Shown here piece after piece: positions 28,170 to 42,173 of a stretch of DNA of 64,000 bases. A model generated the notes under the pieces. That model saw only the letters and a list, made by a program, of their open reading frames with translations. It had not been told where the DNA came from and ran no database searches. This DNA comes from Octopus vulgaris. Its lineage: Eukaryota. The translations under genes were made by a program, and so were the position numbers. The stretch spans positions 86,490,001-86,554,000 of the forward strand of contig OX597818.1 in the NCBI GenBank assembly GCA_951406725.2, in the 5' to 3' direction. Position 1 is the first letter of the stretch, and every line of letters begins with the position of its first letter.

Positions 28170-28652
28170 TGTTGCATGGTCGGGTCGTCGGCGACTAAAC
28201 CGGCAACCCCACCAAGCTTGAGGAAGATATTTATTGGACGACCTGCGGGATGAAAAACCCGTCAAAGGAACTTTAGAGTCAACGGCCATCCAATAAATGT
28301 CTTAAGGATGTATCATGCGCGGGGACACAGAAATAATCGGATTGAATACCCGATCGCGCGGTTAAACCATTGGGAGTGAAGGACTCCTAGCCTTTGTTAG
28401 GGCATCCTTCTAGGAGAATGTAACTCAGGTAACTGGGATAACTCCGACATAAAACCTGCGGCTCAGTGGTTACCGATGATGTTGACTTGTTCTTCTTTCC
28501 GGATTATGACTGCTGTTGCTTAGTGAGTGGGACTGACTCAGTGCACAGCCTTTCCTCACTTTAAAAAAATCTTCTTGCACAGGCATTGCACGATAACAAC
28601 ATTGATTAAGCTTCGTGCAAAGGCCATACTCGATAACGAGGGGGCAGCCACC
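28170..28652 (+). mobile_element. GC-richer repeat resembling an RTE LINE 5' UTR
   Basis: gttagggcatccttctaggagaatgtaactc...taaaacctgc resembles the gggcaacc..ctaggagaagg..aaacc motif of RTE 5' UTRs. Confidence 0.45.
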
Positions 28653-28661
28653 ATATATGTA

Positions 28662-28867
28662 CGAGGGGGTGCTGAAAAGTTCCTGGCTTTGGGTAAAAGA
28701 AAATGCAGGAGGATCAATTATGTTTTTATGTAACATATTCCCCTCTCAGATTCACACGCTTATTGCCGGGTTTTTTAAACCCTGTAAAAGAACTGGAAAG
28801 GTTGGGCTTCCATGCAAGCTTTTCGTGACACCTTTAAAGCTGCTGGGAATATTTCAGCACCCCCTCG
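28662..28867 (+). mobile_element. Mariner-type MITE (~205 bp)
   Basis: TA-cgagggggtgctgaaaagttcc ... ggaatatttcagcaccccctcg; second copy at 51512-51713. Confidence 0.85.
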
Positions 28868-29369
28868 CATGTATGTATGTATGTATGTATGTATGTATGT
28901 ATGTATGTATGTATGTATGTATGTATGTATGTATGTATGTATGTATGTATGTATGTATGTATGTATATTTACCACTCACACTTTAAGCAACTTCTCTACT
29001 ACTTCAGCCGTTTCAACTTGTCGTGACGGTTGGATAGACGTTCGTCTCTATTTCTTTAATTTTCTTTCTCCGTGCTTTTCCCACCATCTCTATCCTATTT
29101 TTCAGAAGAAGAGTGAATACTCGAAATATTAAATACGTCTCCTACTATTTTCCTTATTTCCTGGGTGTCAAACTAATATCAACTCCGTGTTTAACTTTTA
29201 CCCCGTCTTCATATTTCGCCACCTGGCACTATACACATGCACACACACGCACGCACACGCACACTCAGACATACACACACTCGCATACACACACACATGC
29301 ACAAATATATGTATGTATGCACGTATATAAAGTAGGACACAAGTTCTTGCGGAAGGTCCTCGTCATCTA

Positions 29370-30303
29370 AAAGATCTTCGAATCTATCAACCATATCATC
29401 GAGATGAAGAAAAGCCAGCGCTGAAAAGCATCTGATTTTAATGCTAAATTCATTATCATGATGGTATCTTTCGTTAAAACCAAATTCACTTTTCTGTACA
29501 CATTTTGAGATAGATGAAAAAGACAACATGAAATAGAAGCCATAAGAAGCACAGATAAATTACTATTAATGTGAGCTTTTCAAAATCCATCATAACGCTT
29601 TCACGCCTCAGTCCTTGACGTAATTCATTTAGCTTATTAAAATGGCAGGTGTAAGATTCTTGATTCTTGTTTGGAAGTAATGCGAACAATTACGGAACAC
29701 AGAATGAACCCACTTTAATCTGAAGCGTGTACAGCTGATAAAGTACGGTTGGGGAGCACTTAAAAGTTCCATCGCCTGCCGAGTGTTTTATATACATGAA
29801 GTCATCAAGCCCTTTATCAGTTGCAAACACAATTAATCTGTACATCCGTTTCACCTCTCTCAAACAGCAAAAGAAGTTCGTCACTATCAAGGAACTGGTA
29901 TTTCTCTGGTATCTCATAACCAAATCGACTCTGAGAGATTAAAGGTGCACTTACTTTTGCTTGGCGCCAGTTCCTTATATTAAGACTTACACACGAAGAG
30001 GAGGGCTTGTGAGCCATTTCATTTTCATCAAGCTTACACAAACAGTCGCAATTGATGTACGAGTAGATACCTACGAACTTTGGGTTTTGAAGCACACAAA
30101 CTATGATGATGTTCACCATCGTGCTTAATTATGGTATAATCTTCATCGTGTGTCATGGTGTGGACTCGAGTTTTACAGGACCTAATTTCGCATTTCCAAC
30201 AAGTCTTAGATCCATCGGCATTTTATTTATGTGCTTCATATATGTAATTCATGTCGTCCACGAGTTTCTTCCTTCTGAGGATACAGTCAAAAACGTGAGG
30301 CAT
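29370..30303 (-). pseudogene. Mutator-like (MULE) transposase with N-terminal FLYWCH zinc finger, many stops and frameshifts
   Basis: YIYEAHK*NADGSKTCWKCEIRSCKTRVHT...GEHHH (FLYWCH); DGTFKCSPTVLYQLYT, VP*LFALLPNK, MMDFEK, FHLSQNVYRKV (MULE DDE motifs). Repeated tgactgaaatgatactt at ~30397 and ~30868 suggests a terminal region reaching ~30886. Confidence 0.9.
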
Positions 30304-30446
30304 GATGTATGTATATTTCCTTTTTAAGTAACGAATGAGCCAGAGATAGATCACGGGTAAACCTGTAAACTTGTTAAATAAAACACCCGAATGGATGACT
30401 GAAATGATACTTTCAATTAACTAAATTACTCTGTAAATAAATAACT

Positions 30447-30856
30447 GGCGCAGGAGTGGCTGTGTGGTAAGTAGCTTGCTTACCAACCACATGGTTCCAG
30501 ATTCAGTCTCACTGCGTGGCACCTTGGGCATGTGTGTTCTACTATAGCCTCGGGCCGACCAAAGCCTTCTGAGTGGATTTGATAGACGGAAACTGAAAGA
30601 AGCCCGTCGTATATATGTATATGTATATATATGTGTGTGTGTGTGTTTGTGTGTCTGTGTTTGTCCCCCCCCCCCAACATCGCTTGACAACCGATGCTGG
30701 TGTGTTTACGTCCCCGTAACTTAGCGGTTCGGCAAAAGAGTCCGATAGAATAAGTACTAGGCTTACAAAGAATAAGTCCTAGGGTCGATTTGCTCGACTA
30801 AAAAGGTGGTGCTCCAGCATGGCCGCAGTCAAAAGACTGAAACAAGTAAAAGAGTA
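30447..30856 (+). mobile_element. SINE family A, best-preserved full-length copy
   Basis: A box gtggctgtgtggtaag, B-box-like gattcagtctc, internal TA/TG microsatellite, tail ending gaaacaagtaaaagag. Confidence 0.92.
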
Positions 30857-32539
30857 AACTGAATAGGTGACTGAAATGATACTTCCAGTCGTATGCGTGC
30901 GTGCGTGTGTTTCCCACCACTACTTGGCAATCGGGGTTGGTTTGTTTACATCTCCGTAAAATAGCGGTTCGGCAAAAAGATACCTCACACACATACACAC
31001 AGATACACATTTTAGCGCATATATACGTCATGTTAACACGAGATGTGGATCTGTGTCTTCGTGCGAAAGTAAAACAAGAAGGTTATCAATACTTCATGCA
31101 TCCTTATGTTGCAGAAGCATTTCCAAGCGGAGAAGGAACTGTCGTAGTTATTTAGTGGTTTAAAATGTCAGATACAGAAGCGACGAGAGACTTACATTAA
31201 CAAGTCGCTACTTTATCATCGACGCCATTGCATCGTTTCATTACGCTTAATTTATATGTAGAGCAGAAACGCCTCAAGTAAAACGAAAATTTTACCATAC
31301 AAATGGTGTTATCAAGCCATCCAGAGATATATCCTGATTACAAAAGACCAATACTACAACTTTCTAACCTTTTTCCCCACCATACCATCGCCTGCTGAAT
31401 ATACAAGTAATAAACCATCGTATAACAAGCACGGTTGTTTTCTGTGAAAATCTACCTGAAAAATAGGTCAACATAACAAGTCGCTGATTGTCATATCGTA
31501 TGAGCTCGCTGTCACCAACAACTTTTTATTAGAGAGTCTTGTTTGTTCCTGACTTCTGATCTTATTCTATCGTTGTTTACGTTTAGATTTATTATTTTTT
31601 TTCTCTTTTATATTCCTTCATTTCTGCTTCTTTTTTTTCTTCTTTCTTTTAGATGAGATCATTGCTAAAACGAGATTATTGGAAGCGATGTTTAAAAAAG
31701 CCCCAGCTTTATAGACAACAATGATTATCATTTATGAATCATATATTTCCACGGATAATTATGCGTTTTGTATGCTTTTGTTGTTGTTGTTGTTGTTCTT
31801 GTTATTGTTATTGTGCTTAGCATGTTCAACAGAAACAGCATTGTGTCTAGTCAACTAAAGATCTGCAATATTTAAACAACGTTCTCTATGAAAGAATCTA
31901 CAGTGACAAAACATACTGCTCGTATGTATGTCAGATTCTGTTTGTGTGTATATGTGTGTGTGTGTGTGTGTAAGTGTGCGTGAGAGAAAGATTAAGTGTG
32001 TAAGTGAGAGAGAGAGAGAGAGAGAAGAGTGTGTGTGTTTTTGTGAGAGAGAGAGAGAGAGAGTATGTGTGTGTGTGAGAGAGAGAGTGTGAGAGAGAAA
32101 GAGAGAAAGAGTGTGTATGTGTGTGTGCACGTGTGCATGCGTGTGTGTGAGTGCACGCACGCGTGCATGCGTGTGTGTGTGTGTGTGAGACAGAGAGAGA
32201 GAGAGTATGTGTGCACGCACGTGCAAGCGTGTGTATGTGTGTGTGTGTAAATGTGTGTGTGTGTGTGTAAATGTGTGTGTGTGTGTTTGTGTGTAAATGT
32301 GTGCGTGCATGCGCGCGCGCGTGTGTTTAAACACGGACTTTCAATCAATATCTTTTATTCTGTATAGATTTGCGGTTAAGAAGCTGGCTTTGTAACCACA
32401 TGGTTTCAGGTTCAAAACCATTCCCACTACGCGGCAAGAGTCTACTACTAGAGTCCCGTGTTACCATTATCTTGCATTCATATATATACTCACACACACG
32501 GATACACTAATAGTATCGTACGTTACACAACCTACACAT

Positions 32540-33500
32540 TTTTCCGCCATCCAATTTATATATTGATCCTTCTTCAAGAGAATCGCTATCAATTTTGCTG
32601 AACCTCCTTCCAACCATTTCCAAATTAAGACGATTCTGTAAGTGACACTATTGTAAAAGAAGCTCCCGCATGTTCCGCTTTCTTTTCATGCAATATATTC
32701 AACGAAATTCCCCCAAAACGTTCTTCTCCGTTCCATCAGTTTTTTTTTTCCACTGCCAACACATATTTACCAAGTTTGAAAACATCACCAGCCACTTTCA
32801 ACCGACAACTTTAATCATAACTCTAACCTTAACTTTCGCTCGGCCCTGACAAAATCCTTTTCATTACATTCAAATTTTGTGCTCCAGATCTGACTCTTAT
32901 TTTTACGAACCTCTTCAACGTTTCTCACCATATTTCAGCTACTCTGACAGTAACGTAGGCAGAGTGTGCTTGTCTCCTACCCTCCCATCCGATCCCCAGA
33001 TCTACTCTGGTTTATGCAGGAGACCGGAAGTGCTGTCCTTATAAAAGCGCTATCTGCTGCAGCCCGAGCTTCTTTCGTTCCCACCTTAGCTTCGCTTCAG
33101 CATTCTGAATTTTAGAAACAAGCCACATGTATCGCATCTCCAAAAATGGTGACCTCTCTAATGCTGTCAAGTCCCAATCTATGGTTCACATTTACAACAT
33201 CTCAAAAATTATGGAAGCAATCGTTAACAATTTTCTTTGAATTCCCCACAATGAGTATCTCTCCTGCTCTCTTTCTCCCTCTCTCTCCTTCCTCAATAAG
33301 GACCTGCTCTTCTTTATTGTCTTTCATCGTCTCTCTTTCAACACTACTTTGTTATGTCCACTACATCCAAACCCCCGCAAAAAGCCAGTTTGCGCAGTGC
33401 TTCCTTCGCAGAATGCCTACATTCTAGAACTCCTCCGATTATATCTTCATCGTAGGTATTGACTTACAATGATTCAGGACGACTATTAAAAATATCATTC
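32540..33500 (+). pseudogene. Highly degenerate Jockey/CR1-group LINE remnant
   Basis: CAPDLTLIFTNLFN at ~32878 and QFAQCFLRRMPTF*NSS at ~33385 resemble ORF2 motifs. Confidence 0.45.
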
Positions 33501-33657
33501 TTACCTGTCTTCTATGACTTACAAAGACCATGGGTAGTTCATTAATCCATTCCAACAATTAAAATAGAATTCAAATAAAAACTCTTCATTGAAAATCTGA
33601 GAAAAACAATGTCGTTGTACTTGAAATCATCAAAGCATTTGATTATATATGTATGTG

Positions 33658-33691
<34 letters not shown>

Positions 33692-33871
33692 AGTGTGTGT
33701 GTGCATGTGCGTGTGTGTTGGGGGTGTCTTTTTCAAATAACAAATGGTTGGGTGTCACCTTAGCAACCCCATTACAGAAATACTGAACGTTTAAGGCACC
33801 AAGAATGGACAGGCGACAAGACTCTATATATGGTGCGAACTGCAAAGAGTTTGGGAATAAATATCAACATA

Positions 33872-34060
33872 GCCGCAGGAGTAGGTGTGTGGTAAATAGC
33901 TTGCTTACCAATCACATGGTTCCGGGTTCAGTCCCACTGTGTGACACCTTATGCAAGTATCCTCTACTATAGCCTCAGGCCTTGTGAGTGGATTTCGTAG
34001 ATAGAAACTGAAAGATGCACATCGTATATATATATATATATATATATGCATATATTTATG

Positions 34061-34126
<66 letters not shown>

Positions 34127-34340
34127 ATATGTTTGTGTGTCTTTGTTTGTCCCTCCAACATCGCTTGACAACCGATACTGGCGTGATTATGTCCCAGTAA
34201 CTTAGAGGTTCGGCAAAGGAGACCGATAGAATAAGTACTAGGCTTTCAAAAAAGTCCTGGGGTCGATTTGCTCGACTAAAAGCGGTGCTCCAGTATGGCC
34301 GCAGTCAAATAACTGAAGCAAATAAAAGGAGTAAAAGAAT
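33872..34340 (+). mobile_element. SINE family A
   Basis: Full head, microsatellite and tail; an inverted copy lies at ~34845-35220. Confidence 0.88.
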
Positions 34341-35332
34341 AAATGAATTATCATTATAGGGGCAGGCGTGGCTGTGTGGTAAGAAGCTTGCTTCTCAACC
34401 ACAGGAGATTCAGCATGACACAGAGTGTGACGAAACCGACCCTTCGAAACACAGGTACAACTCATTTCTGCCAGCTGAGTAGACCGGAGCAAGTTGAAAT
34501 AAAGACACAACGCGCCGCTGAAAATCGAACTCAGGACCTTACGATCTCGAGCCGAACCTATAGAAATATCTACAGAAAAACAAGTCTACACTCTTGTTAT
34601 ATTCATAGATCTGGTGGGTTAGTTTTAACCGAGGAGACACAATAGTGTTGAAACGCCATGAGGTGCCAACGTTTCCTCACACCGGGGAATCGCGTGTGTT
34701 ATGAACACACATCGTCTGAAGTCGTAAAGCAGATGTGATCGGATGTTCAAATCCGAAAGTATTAAGAATAAGTAAATAGGATATTGTAATAACCCTTTAA
34801 CGTTTTTTGTTGTTGTTGTTGTTTTTTTGGGTTTTTTTTTTGCACTGGTTTCAGTCATCAGACTGCGCTACCACCTTGAAGAAATTTTATCGAATCTATC
34901 GACTCCAGGACTTATTTCTTAAAGATACTGGTACTTATTCTATCGGTCTCTTTTGCCGAACTGCTCATTTATGGGGACGTAGACTCATTAGCACTGGTTG
35001 TCAGGCGGTGCTGGTCGGGGAGACACGCAAGCACAAAGACACACACATATATATTCGACAAGCTTCTTTCAGTTTCCGTCTACCAAATCAACTCACAAGG
35101 TTTTGGTATGCCCCAGGCTATAGCAGAAGACACTTGTGCAAGGTACAACAGAGTGGGATTGAACAAGGAACCATGTGATTTGGCAAGCAAGCTTCTTACC
35201 ACACAGCCACGTCTGCGCCTATGATGGTAAGTTGATATTTATTCTCAGATTCCTTGCTGTTCGCACCATATATAGTCTTGTCACTTGTCCGTTTCTCGTG
35301 CCTGAAATGTTCATTATTTCTATAATGGATAA

Positions 35333-35730
35333 GGTGGTGAGCTGGCAGAATCGTTAGCACGCTGGACGAAATGCTTAGCGGTATTTCGCCCGTAGCTACT
35401 TTCTGGGTTCAAATTCCGCCGAGGTCGACTTTGACTTTCATCCTTTCGGGGTCGATAAATTAAGTACCAGTTACACACTGGGGTCGATATAATCGACTTA
35501 ATCCGTTTGTCTGTCCTTGTTTGTCCTTTCTGTGTTTAGCCCCTTGTGTGTAGTAAGGAAATAGGTATTTTGCCCGTAGCTACTTTCTGGGTTCAAATTC
35601 CGCCGAGGTCGACTTTGCCTTTCATCCTTTCGGGGTTGATAAATTAAGTACCAGTTGTATACTGGGCTCGATCAATTCGACTGGCCCCTCACCCTAACTT
35701 TCAAATCTTGTCCCTATAACAGAAAAGAAT
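35333..35730 (+). mobile_element. SINE family B dimer with 16-bp target duplication
   Basis: tatttctataatggat occurs on both sides (35315-35330 and 35730-35745). Confidence 0.88.
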
Positions 35731-35782
35731 ATTTCTATAATGGATTATTAAGGTGATACTCAACCATTTGTCACTTGAAAAT

Positions 35783-35818
<36 letters not shown>

Positions 35819-36070
35819 GAACATATGTGTACTTTATAAAATACACCCTACATAACTACAACCGTGAATCTGTTCTTTGTATTGATGAAGCTAAGTAGAA
35901 TACAATTAGAGGATTGTATCTTGTTTTTGTGTGGTAAACAGAAAAAAATGTTCTAAACTCTCAGATTGGGTGCGTGTTTCCTATCAACGTGTTCTGGGTT
36001 GTTTTAATATTGAAATAAGTATCGAGTCTGATTAGTGAAATCAGTAGAGAACGAAACGGATTAATAAACT

Positions 36071-36133
<63 letters not shown>

Positions 36134-36200
36134 CAGCAGCAGCAGCAGTAGTAGCACCAGCCGTAGTAGCACCAGCAGTAGTAGCACCAGCAGCAGTAGT

Positions 36201-36250
<50 letters not shown>

Positions 36251-39200
36251 TAGTAGTACAACACTGCAGTTTTGAGAGAGTTCTGCAATTGACGTGATCT
36301 TAGGATACGTAGAATTTAAGCGTCGCATATGCTGTTGATAAAGGCTTGACCGAAGGGTGACAAAAAGCTATAGCCTGAAATATTCAGCATGACCATCGGG
36401 GAGAGGTTGACTATAACTTTGTCGCTGACCAGAGGGAAGCAGAGGGAGGTCAGTCTTCATTATCGACTCGACTAATGAATAGATCAGAATCAATCCAAGT
36501 AACCGGCAATGAAGAAGCACTGAAGGAAAGCGAGATAGTGGGTATCGCCAATCCGTGCTCATCTGGGACAGAGTTGCCTGCTGGCGGCTGCAACACGGCC
36601 ATGCGTGTAGAGTTGCCGTTATTTAGTTCAGTTCTTTTTGAACAGACCTTTGGCAAAATAGGTGGACGTTCCAACAGAAATCATCTTTTATCTTTTATCT
36701 GAGTCAGTCGACACCAACCCCAGTTACTTATTTTTTAAAACTTGATACTTATTCTATCGGTCTCTTTTGCCGATCCGCTAAGTTACGGGGACGCAAACAA
36801 ACCAACACCTGTTGTCAAGTGCTTGAGGAGAGCAAACACACAGACACACACACATACATATAAATATACGACGTGTTTCCATCATTTTTTTTGTCTACCA
36901 AACCCACTCACAAAGCTATCTCTGGTCGGCCAGAGGCTAGTAAAAGATACTTGCCCAAGGTGCTACGCAGTGGGACTGGACCTGGAACCATGTGATTGGG
37001 AAGCAAGCTTCTTACCACACAGTCACGCCTTCGCCTATCATCTTGTACTACTTTTATATATAATTTTTCATACCTGATGTATCTAAAACCATATAATCCA
37101 GTGAGTCCTTATCTCTTTTAAAACGGCAGATTGTGATATGAGAGACATTTATTTCCTATTATTAGCATATCGAGAGACACCATAGTATCCTTAGGCGGAT
37201 GACGAGTTTATTACTTTTGACGTAGGAAATTCAACCTTGAAATCCACAATGAAATCATTGTCGATAAATAACGACATATAAAATAATATGAAACTCTAGT
37301 TTTTCAAGTGTAACGATCGACTTACTTGTTATATAAAAGAAACTTAATATAGCATATAGGCCATTAAACACAAACAGATAAAAGTTTCATATTAGCATCA
37401 AATAAAATTGACTCAGCTTTTTTTATAATAACTAGCAGTGAGCTGCTACCCCATGTCGAGTGTGTCTTCTGTATTGTAACAACATTAGAAAGGGTTGACG
37501 TGATACAGTTTTCACTGAAATATATCTCTGTCTGCATCTCTGTCTGTCTGTCTGTCTGTCTAGTTCACTAGCTATCGTTGTTTAGCTATAGTAGACTTAT
37601 GTGGTTGGTAGAGATAAATGAATATGCAATGGAAACTGCCACCCTGTCAGCGATACGACGAAGTCATGAGACTGCATCATGGCAGATTGTGAAGAAGAAA
37701 CGGAAGTGCTCAACCGAGCCAATAGCTTCTTACATTAATGCTGAGCGGAGGAATCCTAGAAGATCAACGGTTAGGATCGCCTATCTCTATCAAGAGAGTA
37801 ACTACAACGCATCCATAGCGGCGGCGTCCATGGTTATGTAATCAGCTAATGAATGATTCACTATGATTTAAGATCCCAAATCAAATTCATAATTATGAAA
37901 TCGGATGGCGACAAAGTCGTGAGAATCCGCGAAAGCAGTGAAAATAAAATAGGATCTGACAAGGTATTTATATTACTAGGTAGGGGTGTATAATTAGGAG
38001 TGTCAGTACCGAGTCGAGTTCTAAGGCTCAGTATGCTGGTTGCCCGGTTTTCATGTCGTATTTGTGACCGAGATCACATTTCCTCTGAAAGTGAGGCCAT
38101 TTCGTTACAGGGTTACTCATTTACGGCTGAGTAGACTGGAGCAAAATAAAATGAAGAGTTTTGCTATAGAATACAACGCATCGCCCGGTTCGGAAATCGA
38201 AACCCTTATCTTGCAATCGTGAGCGTGACATCCTTAACCACGAGACCATGCACCTTCACATATAACTAGGTAAGTAGACTTAAATAGGGTAGAGGTGTAT
38301 TGTAGATAAAGGTAGATAACTATATCGTTAAGTAGAAGTATTTCGCTAATATGGGTCTGTAGGTGTGTGTGTGAGTGTATGTGTGTGTGCGTGTGTATGT
38401 GATCAAGTACAAAGTCAATTGTTTATAGATGTGCGCCACGTAAAATAGAATTTGTGATGGATTTTAGATCCTTGGTTACATACCATTCATTTCACTTAAA
38501 ATACTAAACACCTTGGGAAAGGCATGAACGCCACACAATCATAGCTCATCTTCTAAGAGATCATCATTATTAATTTTTGCTAATGGAACTAGATGTAAGC
38601 CATAATATAAACTAGTAAGACTAAACTCTTTTTATAGTCTTATAACGCACCTGTCTCTCCTGTTGTGTTCAATTCACACCATAGCTAAATCGGTTCTATT
38701 TCTCTTAGAGATCGATAAAATAATTATCAGTAATAGACAGCAATATCGATCCAATTGATTATAACTCCTCCCTTCTCTAAAATGAAGTATTCTACATCAT
38801 CAAAATGTTAAAGTTACTGACCAGAACATTAGATAGAGACAAAACAGCATTTCTTCAAAGTACTCAGCGAAATAAAAGAAAGTGCACAATCATTTACATC
38901 TCAGTTGATCAACCAATTATGAGATCTGCAAGAAAGAATTGCAGTTTGGTGAAGAATTCCTTCAGATATAATTAGCAGTGTTTAGATAATTACATACAAA
39001 CAGCACCCTTTAGAAATACCACGATTATCTTGAAAATTGTAAGACGCAATTGCATATTTTTCTGAAGCATTTGATTCTTGACATAGTGTAAAATTCTACA
39101 CAATATCAAGAAATGGCTTCTCTAAAAGTTATATTCTTATGTCGTCTACTTCCTGAATTGTCATCTATTATTTTTTAATTTACGACAAGATGTAAATAGC

Positions 39201-39467
39201 ACGATAAAAATCTTTTAAAGTTCGAGAACGTGAAATAATTCTCAACAGTGAATCTTGAAGTTGATAAAGCTATGACTGTAACGTGTAACTTTTGGTTCAA
39301 AATATCCTTGCAATTAAAAGAAATTCTTTGGGCTAAAAGTCGCCTGTCATATTAACAGATGTTGGTCCAAGTCCGAGTTAGCCTTCGACTTTTTCTGTCC
39401 AAATATATTCAACCAAATATTTACAACAGCTTTATCTACTTCGGAATTTACTGTTCCCAAAAGTGTG

Positions 39468-39546
<79 letters not shown>

Positions 39547-41274
39547 GACTATACACTTTTAGCAGAATGGATTTATGCTACACATCCGTGAAGGCACGTG
39601 GTTTAGTGGTTAGGGTGCTGCACACATGATCGTAAGATAACGATTTCGATTCCAAGACCGGACCGGGTGATGCGCTGTGTTCTTGAGCGATACACTTCAT
39701 TTCATGTTATTCCGGTCCACTCAGATGGCAAAAGTACGTAATCACGCGGCGGATCGGTGTTCCTTGCAAGTGGAGAAACATATACACCACTGAATCCAGG
39801 AAACCGGCCTTATGGTCCTCTGGCTCGGGAAGGACCTTTGATCTTTCTCTTTTGATATATATATATATATATATATATAACGATATATTATATATGTGGA
39901 GGCGTGTGGCATAGTGATTAAAATTGTTGTAGTTGTGGTCGTAAGATTGTGGTTTTGATTCCTGAATCAGGTGATTCGTTGTGTGCTCGAGCACTTCATT
40001 TCACGTTGCTCCGGTCTACTCAGCCCGGCAAAAATCAATAATCGTGCGACAGACAGGCTTCCCGCCCCGAAGGAGAATATATACGGCACAGATTCCATGA
40101 AACTAACCCTTTGAGCTTATGGCTCGGGAAGGACTTCTGATTTTTTTTTTCATGTTACATATCCACAAAAATACGCGCAGGCATATATACACACGTCTTA
40201 GGAAGTTATGTGTGTTTATGTATGCTTGTGTGTGTGTGTGTGTGTCAAAAGATAGACAGAGAGGTTGATAAATAAATAGATATTATGTTAAGACACTTAA
40301 TATGTGCAAGTGAAAATGTTGATCTTCCATCAAGGCTACGATGTGATGAAGAAGTTGAGCGATATGGTTTGTTTAAACAGCTTCGTAGTAAGTAAATCAA
40401 ACCTCTCCCTCAGTTCCTTTCGCTGTGAATTGATTTCCGAGGGAAGCGATAGAAAAGTGAATTGCTAATACATGGAAGATTTCCATGGATGGGATTTATG
40501 AGTTTGTAAACAGTTAAGAAGAGAGCAAATATAGTTATGAGGGGATGAGAGGGATAAGAAGGAAAATGATGGAGGAGGAGAAAGAGCGTTTGGAGATAGA
40601 AGAGCAGTTGAAAGCAGCAAAGACGTTCAGATAAGAAAGAAAAGAAAAGCCAAAAAGCGATAAGTGTTAGCGAATAGATAACTTTGCTTTATTGAAGGTA
40701 AATTAAGAAAGGAGATAGTAAATATAGAAATGAATAGAGGTAGGTCGTTAATGAATGTCAGAAATGGTGCTGCAGTGGACATGGTAATTTTAAAACGAAT
40801 TTTTAGTTGCGTCCGTTTATCTTCTGACTTTAACCATCGCCTGAATAGGGTTTGTTCTGCATCCGTCCATGATTGTGGAATATTCGATATCTACCCCAAG
40901 ATTTTTGGTTTTATGTTAAAAGTTTAAATTTTATTTCATAAAATTTTCAGGAGACAGTTATACACAGGCATATATTGCATACACGTGCGCGCACACAAAC
41001 ACAGATAGGCACACACACAGGCACACACACACACATGCACGCACACACGAACACAAACATACACAAACACACGCACACACACACACGCACGCACACACAC
41101 ACACAAGCATACACACATACACACATATATATATTATATACACAGTTATTATATACACATATATACACAGTTAGGAAGTTACTAAGCTTCAAGCATGTAG
41201 ATGAGAAAAAGGTGGACAATATATGATTAAGAGCATTTAATAAACGTCTGTGTGTGTGAGTGTGTGAGTGTGTG

Positions 41275-41340
<66 letters not shown>

Positions 41341-41369
41341 GTGTGTGTGTGTAAGGGTGTCTCTTGCAT

Positions 41370-41543
41370 TTAAAAACTATGGAAATATATATTTTTAAAA
41401 AACTTTTCATTTAATTTTCCACAATTTAATTGTTTTTCATACTTTACTCTAAGTTGAAAAAGTCGCAATGACTGAAACCGGTACTAAACTGTTTTTCATG
41501 ATAAAATTATTTTAGCATTTTCTACCTTGTCTTATTTTCTTTA
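41370..41543 (+). repeat. Small repeat carrying a hammerhead-like motif (inverted copy 60650-60820)
   Basis: TTGAAAA-agtc-gcaat-gact-GAAAC-CG-GTA; both copies abut microsatellites. Confidence 0.65.
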
Positions 41544-41578
41544 TATATATCAACTCGTGTGTTCCTTTTCAGAAACCT

Positions 41579-41649
<71 letters not shown>

Positions 41650-41716
41650 ATGTATGTGTGTGTGTGTATGTATATATATGCATATATGTATATATGTATA
41701 TATATATATACATATA

Positions 41717-41765
<49 letters not shown>

Positions 41766-42097
41766 TATATACATATATGTGTGTGTATATATATATAGAT
41801 ATATATGGTAATTCTCTCCTGTTCTACAAGTGACGATGAACAATTGTTTTGAGTTTCCTGAACTGTTGAAAAACATAAAGATCGGATTTATCGTATTTAC
41901 TGTTTCACTCCTTTATACGTACAGCGTTCAGATCTAAAGGAGGTCAATTCTGCCTCCCTTTTCCGCCTTCCTCTCCTCTATGCCTTTTTTTTTTTCCTGG
42001 CATCGGTAAAATAAACAGTTTAATACTGGGTTCGATATAACGATTAAACTGTCTATTAAACTGTATTAGATTTGTGCCAGTGTTAAACTTCGTTTTT

Positions 42098-42098
<1 letters not shown>

Positions 42099-42173
<75 letters not shown>

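Noticed and set aside
36290-40740. Possible further LINE remnants (36290-36680, 37600-37900, 40320-40740)
   Set aside because: Too degenerate to assign family, strand or ends by eye.
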